64,000 bases of DNA, taken from assembly GCA_965242925.1 (NCBI GenBank), contig CBDEUM010000014.1, forward strand, positions 96,001 to 160,000. Direction: 5' to 3'. Each line of letters starts with the position of its first letter. The first letter of the stretch is position 1. The notes below the pieces were generated by a model. It was not told the origin of the DNA. It saw nothing but the letters and a program-made list of their open reading frames with translations, and did no database searches. Source of the stretch: Roseibacillus sp. (GTDB taxonomy: Bacteria > Verrucomicrobiota > Verrucomicrobiia > Verrucomicrobiales > Akkermansiaceae). Shown here one piece after another: positions 38,190 to 48,589 of this stretch. Position numbers and translations under genes: made by a program.

Positions 38190-39416
38190 CTATTCTGGCA
38201 CCAGGATCCATTCACTGGTCCTGGGCTTGATTGTGATGCCGAGTTTTTTTTCCTTCCCGGTTGCCAGTTCATTGAACTCGATGATCTCGGCGGGCAGAGA
38301 ACGTCCGCTGGGTGAGGCCTTGCGTTCACCGACAATGTGCACCTGGTTCAGGGCCTTCCAGCTGTAGGTGAATTGCAGGTTCTTGTCGTTAACCCTTTCA
38401 CGATAGTCTTCAAGTTGCAGGTGAGCGGGCGATGAATCGACGGGGACACCCTCGGCCCATCGTTGGTGGCTTCCCTCGGCGACTGGTTGTCCGTCCACGG
38501 TGAGGAGGTATTGGCCGGGGACGAGGTTGGACACGACCAAGGTGTCGCGGGTGGTGGCGAGGTTGTCGTGGATCTTGCCCTCGGCGGGAGGCGACAAACT
38601 GGGAGGCGAGCCCTCTTCCACGCTGAAGCGTAGGCCCCTGCCCTGCTGCCTGACCCCCGAGATCTTGGCTCCGCGGGCAGTTGCCTTGAGCGACTTGGCG
38701 TCCACGCTGAACCACCAGGTGGGTTGTCCGGGGAGGAGCTTGTCGGCCACCATGCGGCCGGTGGCCCAGTAGCCGTAGGCATTCAAGTGGATGCCCTGCT
38801 CTGTCAACTTGGAGGAGTCCTCGTTACCCATGAGATAGAGCGTGGGGGCATAGAGGTCGACGAAGGGGACGTCCTCGGCGGAGGCGACCTGTTGCATGGC
38901 CCCGACGTAGTCGGCGAGGTCCTTGTTGCGCTGCTTGCGGTTGCGGGAGAGCTCGCCGTGGTCCTCGTGGGCGATGGGAGACACCAGCGCGATGCGCACC
39001 ATGGACTCGCCGTTGTACTTCTTCCCCTTGTGGGCTGCGATAATGCGTTCCAAGTGGCCGCGGAAGTCGCTCAACCCTGCTTTGCCGGCGTAGGACTCGC
39101 CCATGCCGAAGCAAATGACGATGACGTCGGTCTTGTGAGCGAGAAGGGCTGACTCTTCGCTGGGGAAATTGGTGGGGCGCTCGCGGATTGAGAGAGTGTC
39201 CCCTCCCCATCCCAGATTGCGGATGGATACCGGATTCCCCTGAGTGCGCTGCCGCAGGAGGGTCTCCAGGTAGCCGTGGATGCGCAACTGATCGGCATAA
39301 GTATTGCCGATAATGGCGATGTGATCACCCGGTCGTATGGCCGGCTCAGCACCGGCGATGCTGATGCCAATCGGCACCAGTGAAACAAGCAATGCCCATG
39401 CTCCCGGACACCTCAT
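38190..39416 (-). CDS. SGNH/GDSL hydrolase-fold protein
   Basis: IAIIGNTYAD, RNLGWGGD, FGMGES, VPFVDL, GIHLN; ATGA-coupled to the ThuA-like gene. Confidence 0.75.
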   Translation of the reverse strand: MRCPGAWALLVSLVPIGISIAGAEPAIRPGDHIAIIGNTYADQLRIHGYLETLLRQRTQGNPVSIRNLGWGGDTLSIRERPTNFPSEESALLAHKTDVIVICFGMGESYAGKAGLSDFRGHLERIIAAHKGKKYNGESMVRIALVSPIAHEDHGELSRNRKQRNKDLADYVGAMQQVASAEDVPFVDLYAPTLYLMGNEDSSKLTEQGIHLNAYGYWATGRMVADKLLPGQPTWWFSVDAKSLKATARGAKISGVRQQGRGLRFSVEEGSPPSLSPPAEGKIHDNLATTRDTLVVSNLVPGQYLLTVDGQPVAEGSHQRWAEGVPVDSSPAHLQLEDYRERVNDKNLQFTYSWKALNQVHIVGERKASPSGRSLPAEIIEFNELATGKEKKLGITIKPRTSEWILVPE

Positions 39417-40291
39417 TTTTTCTTCTTGTCAGCTCGTTGAATGTTCCAGGTCGCGATTTCCTCCTCAGCCCCTGGCAGGGGCTTGTCGACTGCCCAGCAG
39501 ATGCCGTTTACCAGCATTCGGGTGAAGGCCTCCTCGGCGAAATCACCGGGATGGCCCAGAGTGGTGCCGAATACCCTGGCCCCCCATTCGTTCTCCCATG
39601 CCCACGCCACGATGTCCGCCTCATGTTCGTTGACTTGAATCGTGCCGAATGGCCTTTCAACCAGACGACTTCTTCCTGTGCCAGTGCCTGTTGCCAGCGG
39701 CAAACAACCGCCTTCCAGACGAGTCAGGTAAAGAGTGCCCGGTGAGGTCCATCTGGTTTTCATGATATTGCTCATGATCGGGTGGGCCTTGTATTTTGGC
39801 ACTGCCTGGATTTCCGTCGTTCCTCCCTGATGAACAATGTAGGGGGTTCCCAGCGCGCGTCGGCCAAAGCCGTCATTCCACGCGAAACGGGGGTGGTCTT
39901 TCGCGTATTTAAAGGAGTGATTGGCCGTGCGTAGTCCGATGACCGGCTTGCCTGACTTGAGGTAGTCCTCAATTGGCTGCCATTCCGCGTCAGGAAGTTT
40001 CAGGAAACGCATAAAGAAGATCACCACGTCAGCCTTCGCCAGTATATCGATTCCGGGCAGGACATCTTTTGTCTTCTTCTCGGGATCACCTGCCCCCATG
40101 ACAATCGTGGTGGAAAACCCGAGTCGATCCAGCTCCTTTGCCAAAGCGGGCATGGTCAACTCTGGCGAGTAATGCAGGGTACCCACCACGATTACCGCAT
40201 GGGGCTTTTCGGAGGCCCCGAGCGAACCCATGCCGGCAAGAAGGGCCATGCATGCCGGAACGGCAGCGAGAAGTTTGTAGAGGGAAGTCAT
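39413..40291 (-). CDS. ThuA-like (class I glutamine amidotransferase-fold) domain protein
   Basis: Signal; LPGIDILAKADV..FMRF, SGKPVIGLRTANHSF, RVFGTTLGHPGDF, LVNGICWA. Confidence 0.8.
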   Translation of the reverse strand: MTSLYKLLAAVPACMALLAGMGSLGASEKPHAVIVVGTLHYSPELTMPALAKELDRLGFSTTIVMGAGDPEKKTKDVLPGIDILAKADVVIFFMRFLKLPDAEWQPIEDYLKSGKPVIGLRTANHSFKYAKDHPRFAWNDGFGRRALGTPYIVHQGGTTEIQAVPKYKAHPIMSNIMKTRWTSPGTLYLTRLEGGCLPLATGTGTGRSRLVERPFGTIQVNEHEADIVAWAWENEWGARVFGTTLGHPGDFAEEAFTRMLVNGICWAVDKPLPGAEEEIATWNIQRADKKKK

Positions 40292-40320
40292 TGCGCTTTA
40301 TTTTGCCAGGATCCCATGGT

Positions 40321-41412
40321 CTAGAACTTTGTGGGATCCACGACAACGTGCTTTATGGACCGGCGACGATAGGTGTAGGTGATGTGCACCTTGCCATCGC
40401 TGCCCTGGATCACGGCGGGATAGGAATGTTCCCCCTTCTCACGCTCCACGGTCATGACCACATCCCATTGCTCACCATCCTTTGAAACAGCTACGTTCAA
40501 CATCTCCCGTCCCCGCGGATTCGATCGGCGGGTGGTATGGTTGTAGACCAGTAATTGCCGGCCATCCTTCAGTGTTACCCCGTCCGTTCCTGCATTGGGA
40601 TTGGGAAGGACCGTCGCCTTCATCCTGCTCCACGTCTTCCCCCCGTCTTTGGACCAGCTTTGGGTGATCATGCCCTGCTGGCTCCGGCACAGGATCTGCA
40701 TCCGCCCGTCCCCATAGGTGAGGACACTGGGCTGGATGGCGCCAAACTCCCTGCCATCATTGATGGGGCCGATCACTTCCCAGGTCCTGCCAAGATCCCT
40801 GGTGTGTTCAAAGTGCACCCGCCAGCCATCGTGCTCCGAACTGCTTCCGCACAGAATCGATCCATCCTGCAACTGGATCGGCTTGTTCTTCACCGGGCCC
40901 AACAGGTGCCCGACCTTGGAATCCTTCCCCAGCTTGCGGCGGTTCTCCCACGTCTTGCCGTCATCAGGTGAACTCATCATCACCCCCCACCAGCGACTCG
41001 GGCTGGGCCCCACCTTGTAGAAGAGGAGAAGCGGGCTTTCCCCCGGAGCCCGCACCTTGAAAAGGACCGGATTCCAGCAGGGGTATTCCCTGTCCTGCCC
41101 CTCCGCTCCGCTGGCCACCTTGACCGGTTTCCCCCAGCCCTTTCCCTCGTTACGCGAGATCCAGATCCCGACATCCGTATTCTTCTCGTGCTTGCCACCA
41201 AACCAGGCGGCCACCAGGCCGCTCCCGGTTTCTGCGATGGTGGAGGCATGGCATTGCGGGGTGGGGGTCTCATCCAGCGGGTAGATGAGTTCCGCAGAGA
41301 GGAACGCGCCTGTTCCGGGCACAGCCACCGCCGGAACCTCCTCGGCGTGCATGATGGCGACAGGGAGGGGGGTCAGGAAAATGGCGGCAAGAAGGCGTTT
41401 CATCACTCTCAC
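40321..41412 (-). CDS. Sialidase-family (BNR repeat) protein
   Basis: CHASTIAET, AWFGG..E, CWNPVLF, SPDDGKTW, LLGPVKNKP, TRDLGRTW, IQPS, SKDGGKTW, LPNPNAG, SYPAVIQ. Confidence 0.85.
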   Translation of the reverse strand: MRVMKRLLAAIFLTPLPVAIMHAEEVPAVAVPGTGAFLSAELIYPLDETPTPQCHASTIAETGSGLVAAWFGGKHEKNTDVGIWISRNEGKGWGKPVKVASGAEGQDREYPCWNPVLFKVRAPGESPLLLFYKVGPSPSRWWGVMMSSPDDGKTWENRRKLGKDSKVGHLLGPVKNKPIQLQDGSILCGSSSEHDGWRVHFEHTRDLGRTWEVIGPINDGREFGAIQPSVLTYGDGRMQILCRSQQGMITQSWSKDGGKTWSRMKATVLPNPNAGTDGVTLKDGRQLLVYNHTTRRSNPRGREMLNVAVSKDGEQWDVVMTVEREKGEHSYPAVIQGSDGKVHITYTYRRRSIKHVVVDPTKF

Positions 41413-41514
41413 AACCTTCCAGATCCATCCCGTCTTGTAAACTTCTCAGCGCCTGATCGTCCGCTGCAGCATCTTCGCCACGCCCGGATACCCTCGACCC
41501 CCGGGCCCAACCAT

Positions 41515-41547
41515 AAAAAACTCCCCGGTCGCTCGCGACCGGGGAGT
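41515..41547 (-). terminator. Rho-independent terminator
   Basis: aaaaaa-ctccccggtcgc-tc-gcgaccggggag-t: on the minus strand a GC-rich hairpin followed by U6, ~25 bp after the stop of the Cys-rich gene. Confidence 0.85.
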
Positions 41548-41572
41548 CTTAAAATCAGTTCCGTGGGTAAAA

Positions 41573-41947
41573 TCAGGAATCCTTCTTCTCAGGCTTCTCG
41601 GTCTTGGCGATCTTGGCGAGATACTTCTTGGGAGCCTTCTCGACCTTGCCCTTGCAACCCTTGCAGCAGACCGCCACCGAAATGGTGGAGGTGGCGTCTT
41701 CATCGACGTCGCGACCACTGACTGGACACTTGCCCTCTGCAGTCTTCGCTACCTTGGCGAGGAGGGCCAGAGGGTCCTTGTCGAATTTGGCCTGACACTT
41801 CCCGCAACAGAAAGCAACCTTCACCTCCGCAGCAGTACTGCCGTCGACAGCCTTCCCCTTCACCGGACAGTTCTTGTTCACGGGGCCAGCGAAGGCCGAG
41901 GAAAGCGTCAGCATGAGCGCACAAGCAATAAGAGAAATAATTTTCAT
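41573..41947 (-). CDS. Small secreted Cys-rich protein with two YHS/TRASH-like metal-binding repeats
   Basis: Signal (...SSAFA), then CPVKG...FCCGKC and CPVSG...VCCKGC; own terminator. Confidence 0.8.
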   Translation of the reverse strand: MKIISLIACALMLTLSSAFAGPVNKNCPVKGKAVDGSTAAEVKVAFCCGKCQAKFDKDPLALLAKVAKTAEGKCPVSGRDVDEDATSTISVAVCCKGCKGKVEKAPKKYLAKIAKTEKPEKKDS

Positions 41948-42109
41948 GAGTTTCTTATAGGATTACGTTCGTAATTTGAACATCAGAAATCCTGCCAAGA
42001 TCTCATTCATTGTCAATATTTCGTGCAGCTATTCGGTTCACTTGCGCATCTCCTACGCTTTCCCGAAGAAAGCAGCCCGAAACACCCGACTTGCCGGGGT
42101 CTTCCCTTC

Positions 42110-43414
42110 TCACGGCTTCGCTACAAAGGCGTTGCGCTTCTCCCCGCTCTCCGTGTTGAAAATCGCGACCCTCCCATCCAGGGTGCCCACCGCCAGCCAC
42201 GAGCCATGAGAGGCGCAGGAAGATACCGTGGGAGCTTCGGCGCCCTCGCGTGGCTCGATCCTGAATTCACGCAAGCGTTGCTGACCTTCCGGATCGAACT
42301 GTACCACCATTCCTCCGGGAGCACTCGCAAAGAGCCCAGATCCTGCCTTGAGGAGACGCAGGACCGGCCCCTCGAACTTCGCGCGATCGGCAGACTTCTT
42401 GCCATCCTTGATTCGCCAGAGAAAAAAGTGTCCGTGATCCCCAGAAGAGAGAATCTCCTCGCCATTCGGATGAAAGGCTGCACCCCGCACGGCCCCGGGG
42501 TGACCTGAGAAGGCACTCAGTTTCTTCCCACTGGTAACGTCATAAACCTTGGAAATCTTGTCCCGGCTCGCCGTGACCAGACGTTTGCCATCCTGGTGCC
42601 AGCTCACTGCCGTGATCCAATCAGAGTGCGAAGCCAGGGCCAGCGACTGACGCCACGTATTCGTCTCAACGATACGTAGCTTCCCGTCCACACCCCCGAA
42701 AGCAAGCCGCTTGCCGCCCGGACCAAAAGCCACGGTCAGGACAGTGTCGTCACCACGAAAGGGCGTGACCTCCACCCGACCTGTCCGGCTCTGGAAGATC
42801 CTCACTTCTCCCGTCTGGCCCGGAGCCCCCGTGGCAGCCGCGAGCCGGGCACCGTCCGGCGAAAGGGCCAGTCCGTAGGTGCGCTGACCGTTGTTGGGAA
42901 TTCGCTCCAGGAGGCTCCCCTCCTCGGGATTCCAGACCAGGATCTCGTGGTAGCCTCCGGTATAGAGTTTCCGGCCCTCCCTGCCGAACACCATGGCGGT
43001 CACCCCGAGTGGGCGCGGGTAGGATTCAGGAGCAGCCGGATGATCCTCCATCGGAATGATGACAGCGAGCAGGGCCGCCGGATCCTCCCCATCGTATTGT
43101 GCCCCCTCCGAGATCCATTTCCGGATCACATCGATCTCCGCCCCGGCAAGCGGATCAGCCTTCCCCGGCATCCGTTCTTCTTCATCTTCCGTGGTGATAC
43201 GGAAGAAGAGTTCGCTCTCGAGATCACCCGGTTCGAGTTCCTTGCGAAGCTGCTCGTAGGTATCAAGGCGGTACTTCCCCTTGGCCTTTCCTTCCTTGTG
43301 ACATGCCACACAGTGACGCTGCAGAATGGGGGCGACATCGCGCGAAAAACTGACGCCCTCGGCAGAGGTCAGCGACCCGGAAAGAACGAGCAGCAGTGTG
43401 ATCCAGCACTTCAT
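42110..43414 (-). CDS. Planctomycete cytochrome c domain + WD40 repeat protein
   Basis: Start ATG 43414; SFSRDVAPILQRHCVACH, RMP, WISEGA; WD40-like repeats (SHSDWITAVSW, GHPGAVRGAAF). Confidence 0.85.
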   Translation of the reverse strand: MKCWITLLLVLSGSLTSAEGVSFSRDVAPILQRHCVACHKEGKAKGKYRLDTYEQLRKELEPGDLESELFFRITTEDEEERMPGKADPLAGAEIDVIRKWISEGAQYDGEDPAALLAVIIPMEDHPAAPESYPRPLGVTAMVFGREGRKLYTGGYHEILVWNPEEGSLLERIPNNGQRTYGLALSPDGARLAAATGAPGQTGEVRIFQSRTGRVEVTPFRGDDTVLTVAFGPGGKRLAFGGVDGKLRIVETNTWRQSLALASHSDWITAVSWHQDGKRLVTASRDKISKVYDVTSGKKLSAFSGHPGAVRGAAFHPNGEEILSSGDHGHFFLWRIKDGKKSADRAKFEGPVLRLLKAGSGLFASAPGGMVVQFDPEGQQRLREFRIEPREGAEAPTVSSCASHGSWLAVGTLDGRVAIFNTESGEKRNAFVAKP

Positions 43415-43419
43415 TAATT

Positions 43420-45846
43420 CTAGTGCTGAAACAGGAATTCGCTCTTGTTCAACACGATCCATAGCGTGTCCTCCAGAGCCTCTTGGGGATTCCCCGCCTG
43501 CCGGATGTAATCCAGGTGCAGAGCCAACTCCTGCTCACGGGGAGCGCGGCAAAGGGCAGCGAGATAGAGCCGTTTCACGATTTCTTCCTCGCCTACCTTC
43601 TCCCGAATCCACCTGTGCAGGTGTCCATCACCTGCCGTGATCATGCCGTGCAGGAGTCGCCCGTTATACATTTCGAGAGCCTGCCCCAGGCTTGAGTCGT
43701 CCCCACGCTCGCACTCGCAGATTGTCTGCCGTTCTGGTTGTCCGAAGACTTTCATGAACTCAATCTCCCCGATCCGACCACGATTATGCGGTTTGAGATC
43801 GGGAGCCGGAAGCTGGGTCGCTTTCATGCTGGCCGGCACCCCCACGAACTTCATGGGCCACCCGGTCACCTTGCCGAGGGCGTCGACCAGTTGCTCCGCG
43901 GTCAGCATGCGCGGCTGGTAATGCGAAAAATAGCGGCGATCTTCTTTGTTAAAACGAGTTGTCCGGGAGGTGGCCTGGTAGGTGTTGCTGTTGAGGATGG
44001 CCCGCAGGAGATGGCGGCGATCATAGCCACTTCTGCGAAAGTCCTCGGCCAGAGCGTCCAGCAGGGGAGGGTTGGTGGGCGGATTGGTATCTCGAAAATC
44101 ATCAAAGGGTTCCACAATTCCCCGCCCCATCAGATACGACCAGATCCGGTTGGTTTCCACCCGGGCAAAGAAGGGGTTGTTCTGTCCAGTCAACCACTCG
44201 GTGAAGGCATCTCTCCTGTCCAGCGGGGCGGCCACTTCCATCACACCCGCCTTCGGAGCCCAGGGGCTCATTTTTTCCCCGGTGGCAGGATGAGTGATTT
44301 CGCCATCCTTCTTGGCGTAGACGATCAACTCGTCTCCTTTCCCCGTCTTCTTGCGTTCTATCCGGCTGAAGAACGCTGCCAAACCGTAGTAGTTGTCCTG
44401 GGTCCAGCGCTCGAAAGGGTGATTATGGCACTTGGCGCATTGGATTCGGGATCCGAGGAAAAGCTGGGCCGAAGTCTCCATCGCATCAAACGTATTCCCC
44501 GCGGATCGATAGTAGTTGGCAGCGGGATGCACCAAGCTGCTTCCGCGGGCAGTCAGGATCTCACGGGTAAACTGGTCGTAGGGCATGTTGGACGCCACCG
44601 CATTCACCAGCCAGCGGTTGAACTTGAACACAGCTCCCTGGCCGATCTGTTTCTTGGATACCCGCAGGAGATCCCCCCACTTTTGCGCCCAGAAGGCTGC
44701 GTGTTCCTCACTCTCAAGAAGACGGTCAATGAGTTTCGCGCGCTTCTGCTGATCCTGATCCTCCACGAAGGTCTCAACCACCTCCAGTCCGGGAAGTTGG
44801 CCGGTCACGTCAAGATGGACGCGCCGAAGGAATGCTCGATCCCCGGAACGCTGCGCGGGTTCGAACTGCAACTGGCGCAGCTTCCGATAGACCAGTTCGT
44901 CAATGTAGTTGGCCGGAGCGGGATCATTCCACTGGAATCCCTCGATCTCCCGCACATAGGTCAGGTTCGTGCTCTCTATGAATTCGAGATAGCGCACGAT
45001 AATGGCAACCCCGCCACGTTCCACGCCGCTTACCAGCCCCCCGCGCGAAACATCTGCCACCTTGGTGTTAGAGCTCTCGAATACGGCCAGATCCGTCACA
45101 TCCCGGCGCTTACCATCGCTGAATTTCGCATGCACCGAGATTTGCTGCGTCGCCTGCGGGAAGTGAAGCACCCGGGCTGTGGAGGGATGGATTTCGACTC
45201 CCACACAGGCTGCCTCCCTCTCCCGTCGAAGGGGCGCCCCTTCTGCGATCCAGCTACGCAGGAGAGCATACTCCGCACTTTCCTTCTCCAGCTTTTTGCC
45301 TCCTTCGTGGCTGACCTGGGTCGTAGGTTTGAGGAGGAGCAGGCTCTTGTCCGGTTCGATCGGATTGGTGCGGCGCCCCAGCTCCTCGCTCACCAGGGTC
45401 AGTGCATCGAGCGAGGGATCGGAGGCTCGCAGGGACAACCGGAAGCTCCCCTTCCCGTGCGGAGAACCATGACAGGATCCCGCGCTGCATCCCAACCGCG
45501 AAAGCACCGGCAACGTTTCATGCCGGAAAGACACGGGATTCGGGAGGTCCACGGCGGTCACCGTGACCAACACACTCTGGTCCCCGATCCTGATCCTGCT
45601 CCTCCCGTTTGCCAGTGGCCGCACCACACCCTCCTTCGAAACGAAAACGATGGCAGGGTCTTCTACCTGGTAGGCTATTTCCCGCGTGCCATCCGACACC
45701 CGATCACCTTCCCGCCGGGTGACAACCAACTGAAGGGATTCGCGTTTGCCGACCAGAGTAAATTCCGGAGGGTAGACTTCCAGGGCGGTCTGCCCCCAGG
45801 CCGCCATCAGATGGAGGGCGCAAATTGTGGCCACCAACGTTCTCAT
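43420..45846 (-). CDS. DUF1549/DUF1553 protein with Ig-like (Big_2) domains
   Basis: CSAGSCHG, FRLSLR, SLLLLKPT, FESSN..VADV, NYIDELV, FLRRVHLDVTG, CAKCHNHPFERW, CECER, KSEFLFQH. Confidence 0.88.
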   Translation of the reverse strand: MRTLVATICALHLMAAWGQTALEVYPPEFTLVGKRESLQLVVTRREGDRVSDGTREIAYQVEDPAIVFVSKEGVVRPLANGRSRIRIGDQSVLVTVTAVDLPNPVSFRHETLPVLSRLGCSAGSCHGSPHGKGSFRLSLRASDPSLDALTLVSEELGRRTNPIEPDKSLLLLKPTTQVSHEGGKKLEKESAEYALLRSWIAEGAPLRREREAACVGVEIHPSTARVLHFPQATQQISVHAKFSDGKRRDVTDLAVFESSNTKVADVSRGGLVSGVERGGVAIIVRYLEFIESTNLTYVREIEGFQWNDPAPANYIDELVYRKLRQLQFEPAQRSGDRAFLRRVHLDVTGQLPGLEVVETFVEDQDQQKRAKLIDRLLESEEHAAFWAQKWGDLLRVSKKQIGQGAVFKFNRWLVNAVASNMPYDQFTREILTARGSSLVHPAANYYRSAGNTFDAMETSAQLFLGSRIQCAKCHNHPFERWTQDNYYGLAAFFSRIERKKTGKGDELIVYAKKDGEITHPATGEKMSPWAPKAGVMEVAAPLDRRDAFTEWLTGQNNPFFARVETNRIWSYLMGRGIVEPFDDFRDTNPPTNPPLLDALAEDFRRSGYDRRHLLRAILNSNTYQATSRTTRFNKEDRRYFSHYQPRMLTAEQLVDALGKVTGWPMKFVGVPASMKATQLPAPDLKPHNRGRIGEIEFMKVFGQPERQTICECERGDDSSLGQALEMYNGRLLHGMITAGDGHLHRWIREKVGEEEIVKRLYLAALCRAPREQELALHLDYIRQAGNPQEALEDTLWIVLNKSEFLFQH

Positions 45847-47621
45847 TGCTGCTTCTCCCTGAGTTTCACTATGAACGGACTACTTTCCACCCGCAACGGT
45901 TGCCGATGGAAATCCACCTCCACCTCCACCACCAGATTCACCAGCTCGTTTTCCCTGGGACTGTCGACCTTCAACTCCAGCTCCAGGGAGTCCGTCTTGT
46001 CGTTGAGTCCCTTCTCTCCACAGTGCACACCTTCTGGCAATCCGTTGATTCGCAACTTGGTATTGAACCTACGCTTGCCCTCCGGCCACGCCAGCTTGAC
46101 CGGGATCTTCACGGTGCTCCCCTTCTCAATCTCCCCAGGCACATCCACTTCAATCCCAAAGGGCGGGGCCATCACCCGGAGTGCAAGCACGCCATTGGCA
46201 GCTTCAGGGATCTGGGCCGCGGCATCCCGCTCGCGGAGCACCTGCCTGGTTTCCAGCCTTGCGCCATAGGACCGATCCCCCAGGTCGGCGACACCCCAAA
46301 CCCGAAGATCGTGCAGGGATCCCGGTGTTGCATCCGCCGGAAGGCGCAACCTCAGCCCGGCGCTCCCCTGGTTTTCTGCGATCAGGGCCTGCTCTGCCCG
46401 GCAGGACAGGGATGATTCCAACTTGAGACCGATTGCAGGCGTGAACTGCTTTCGCTGGCATTGCACTGGAATCAAGAATACTCCCCCCGGCACCGCCACG
46501 AACTTGTCCAACAACGGATGCTTCTTGTCCTTCTGACCCGGAATCGAAAGCGCAAAAGGCGGCTTGCTGAAATGGATCGCCAACTCGAACCGCTGGTCCT
46601 GGCCCCGGCGCCCAAAGGCATCATGAACCTGAATCTGGTAGCTCCCTGCCTCCACCCAGAGTTGCAGTTCGCGCTCCTCGAATACGTCTGAAGGGACTTC
46701 GGCCACCACCTCGCCATCAGCCTTCAGGAAGCGGAGACGCGGAATGGCTGGCGAACGAAGTTTACGCGCGGCAGCCATGAGAGTAACAAAACGCCGCTCT
46801 TCCAGAGCGAGAGGTATCCGAACAAATCCTTCCCTGCCGTCGATCACATGTTCGGAAACCAGATCTTTCTCACTATCCTCCACCAGGACTTCCTCCGAAA
46901 TCCCGGAGGGGGGAGTTACATTGGGATCGGCCCCACCCCGATGCGACGGACCTTCGAGAACAAGTTGATATGCCTTCCCCCCCCGGTATTGCGAATCCAT
47001 CAACTCCAGCAGGTAATCCCCTTCCGAGGGCGCGGTGAACTCGATTCTCGGATCGAACCCGTCAATCTGGCTGTCGTCCGCCTGCGCAAGACGCTTCCCC
47101 GTATCCGATCGCAAGGTGAGGACTCCATCAAAATCGGATCCACGTGATTCCGCCCGTAGGATCATCACCTGTCCCTTACTAGCCCTGAACCGGAAGAAAT
47201 GCGACCCGAGACTCGGCGAACTCCCCTCGATGGAGGCGGGAATCTCGATCGCCTGTGCCCCGGCAGCCGTACTCTTGTTCTGGGAAGTGACCACGGGACG
47301 TTCCCCATCGGTCACGGTCAGATATACAAGGTTACTCACTCCATGCTCACTGTGGACACGCAGGGCTCCCGCACCAATTTGATCGGTAGAGAGGCGAAAC
47401 CTCGGGGCCTTCTCGTCAATCCGCTCCACCTTGGCAGGAAAGCTGGTCCAGAGCACGACACCCTCCAACCCTCCACCGTGAAGCCGGATTTCGGTGGGAA
47501 CCCCGGATCGAATGACTGTCGGCTCGCAACGGTCCAGCCTGACATGCTGGGCCAGACTACCCAGAGGGCAGGCCACCAGCGCGAATCCTGCGCCTCGGCA
47601 CAGCCATGGAGCAACGTGCAT
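45843..47621 (-). CDS. PPC (pre-peptidase C-terminal) domain-containing protein
   Basis: GVSN, FFRFRASKGQ, FDGVLTL...DPRIEFTAPSEGDYLLEL.D..YRGG repeats; coupled to both neighbours. Confidence 0.75.
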   Translation of the reverse strand: MHVAPWLCRGAGFALVACPLGSLAQHVRLDRCEPTVIRSGVPTEIRLHGGGLEGVVLWTSFPAKVERIDEKAPRFRLSTDQIGAGALRVHSEHGVSNLVYLTVTDGERPVVTSQNKSTAAGAQAIEIPASIEGSSPSLGSHFFRFRASKGQVMILRAESRGSDFDGVLTLRSDTGKRLAQADDSQIDGFDPRIEFTAPSEGDYLLELMDSQYRGGKAYQLVLEGPSHRGGADPNVTPPSGISEEVLVEDSEKDLVSEHVIDGREGFVRIPLALEERRFVTLMAAARKLRSPAIPRLRFLKADGEVVAEVPSDVFEERELQLWVEAGSYQIQVHDAFGRRGQDQRFELAIHFSKPPFALSIPGQKDKKHPLLDKFVAVPGGVFLIPVQCQRKQFTPAIGLKLESSLSCRAEQALIAENQGSAGLRLRLPADATPGSLHDLRVWGVADLGDRSYGARLETRQVLRERDAAAQIPEAANGVLALRVMAPPFGIEVDVPGEIEKGSTVKIPVKLAWPEGKRRFNTKLRINGLPEGVHCGEKGLNDKTDSLELELKVDSPRENELVNLVVEVEVDFHRQPLRVESSPFIVKLREKQQ

Positions 47622-48589
47622 CAAGAACCGGTGTCTGCTACTGGTTTCCCGGCAGCGCCCTGTTCTGCCTCCGGCACCTCGTGGAGATACAGGTCAAAGC
47701 GCCCCCCTTTTTCCGAGACGATCACAACATGCTGCCCGTCCGGGTGCCAGGCCGGGTAGTCGTCCCGGTCCAACCCGCGTGTCAAGATACGCACGTTGCT
47801 GCCATCGATGTTCATGACGTAGATGTTGTAGCCACCGTCCCGCGTACTGGTGAAGGCAATCTGCTTGCCGTCCGGGGAAATGGCGGGGCGGATGTCCATG
47901 ATAGTGTTGTTCGTAAGCCGTTTTTCGTCGGAGCCATCTGCACTCATCGAGTAGATCTCATAGTTGTTCTCCCGCGAGTTGCTGAAAACGATGGTTTCGC
48001 CATCAGGCGTAAAGCTCGGCCAGTTGCTTACTCCCTGGGACTGGGTCAGCTGCTTCTTGTCCTTGCCGTCCACCTGGACAGACCAGAGTTGCTGCGGTCC
48101 GGTCTCCGCAAAGGCGTAGACCACGCGCTGGCTGTCAGGAGTAAAGACCGGACTTCGCGTTCCGCCCCGTCCGGAGTGGGTGATGTACACGTCTTTCCTC
48201 GTTTCCAGGTTCCGGATGACCAGCTTGGCGGTCAGGTTGCCGGTACACTCGGTCACCGACAGGAACTTGCCATCAGGGGAGAGCTTGGGCTCGATGTGAT
48301 GCTTGTCGCCCACATCCGGGACAAACGGCTCGGTTTTGCCGGTTTCGAGGTTGAGTTTGAGCACCCGGACGAGGTCATCCTGCTCATCGTAGCCGAAGAG
48401 AAGGGCCTTGCCACCTTCCACGAAATGAGGATCGCGCTTCAGGATGCCGTCGTTGGTAAGCTGCCTGGGTTCGCCCCCACACGCGCCCTGGAAAATGAGC
48501 AATGCCAGGCCGAGAAAGACCATGCGAGTCCTTCGATCCAGCCTTGGAACCATAGGAGGGAAAAAGCAGGTCTGGCTAGAGAAGATCAT
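47621..48589 (-). CDS. TolB-like PD40 beta-propeller protein
   Basis: Repeats SPDGK, FTPDS, PSFTPDG..IVFSNSRENNYEIY, PAISPDGKQIAFTSTRDG, PAWHPDG. Start may be downstream. Confidence 0.85.
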   Translation of the reverse strand: MIFSSQTCFFPPMVPRLDRRTRMVFLGLALLIFQGACGGEPRQLTNDGILKRDPHFVEGGKALLFGYDEQDDLVRVLKLNLETGKTEPFVPDVGDKHHIEPKLSPDGKFLSVTECTGNLTAKLVIRNLETRKDVYITHSGRGGTRSPVFTPDSQRVVYAFAETGPQQLWSVQVDGKDKKQLTQSQGVSNWPSFTPDGETIVFSNSRENNYEIYSMSADGSDEKRLTNNTIMDIRPAISPDGKQIAFTSTRDGGYNIYVMNIDGSNVRILTRGLDRDDYPAWHPDGQHVVIVSEKGGRFDLYLHEVPEAEQGAAGKPVADTGS

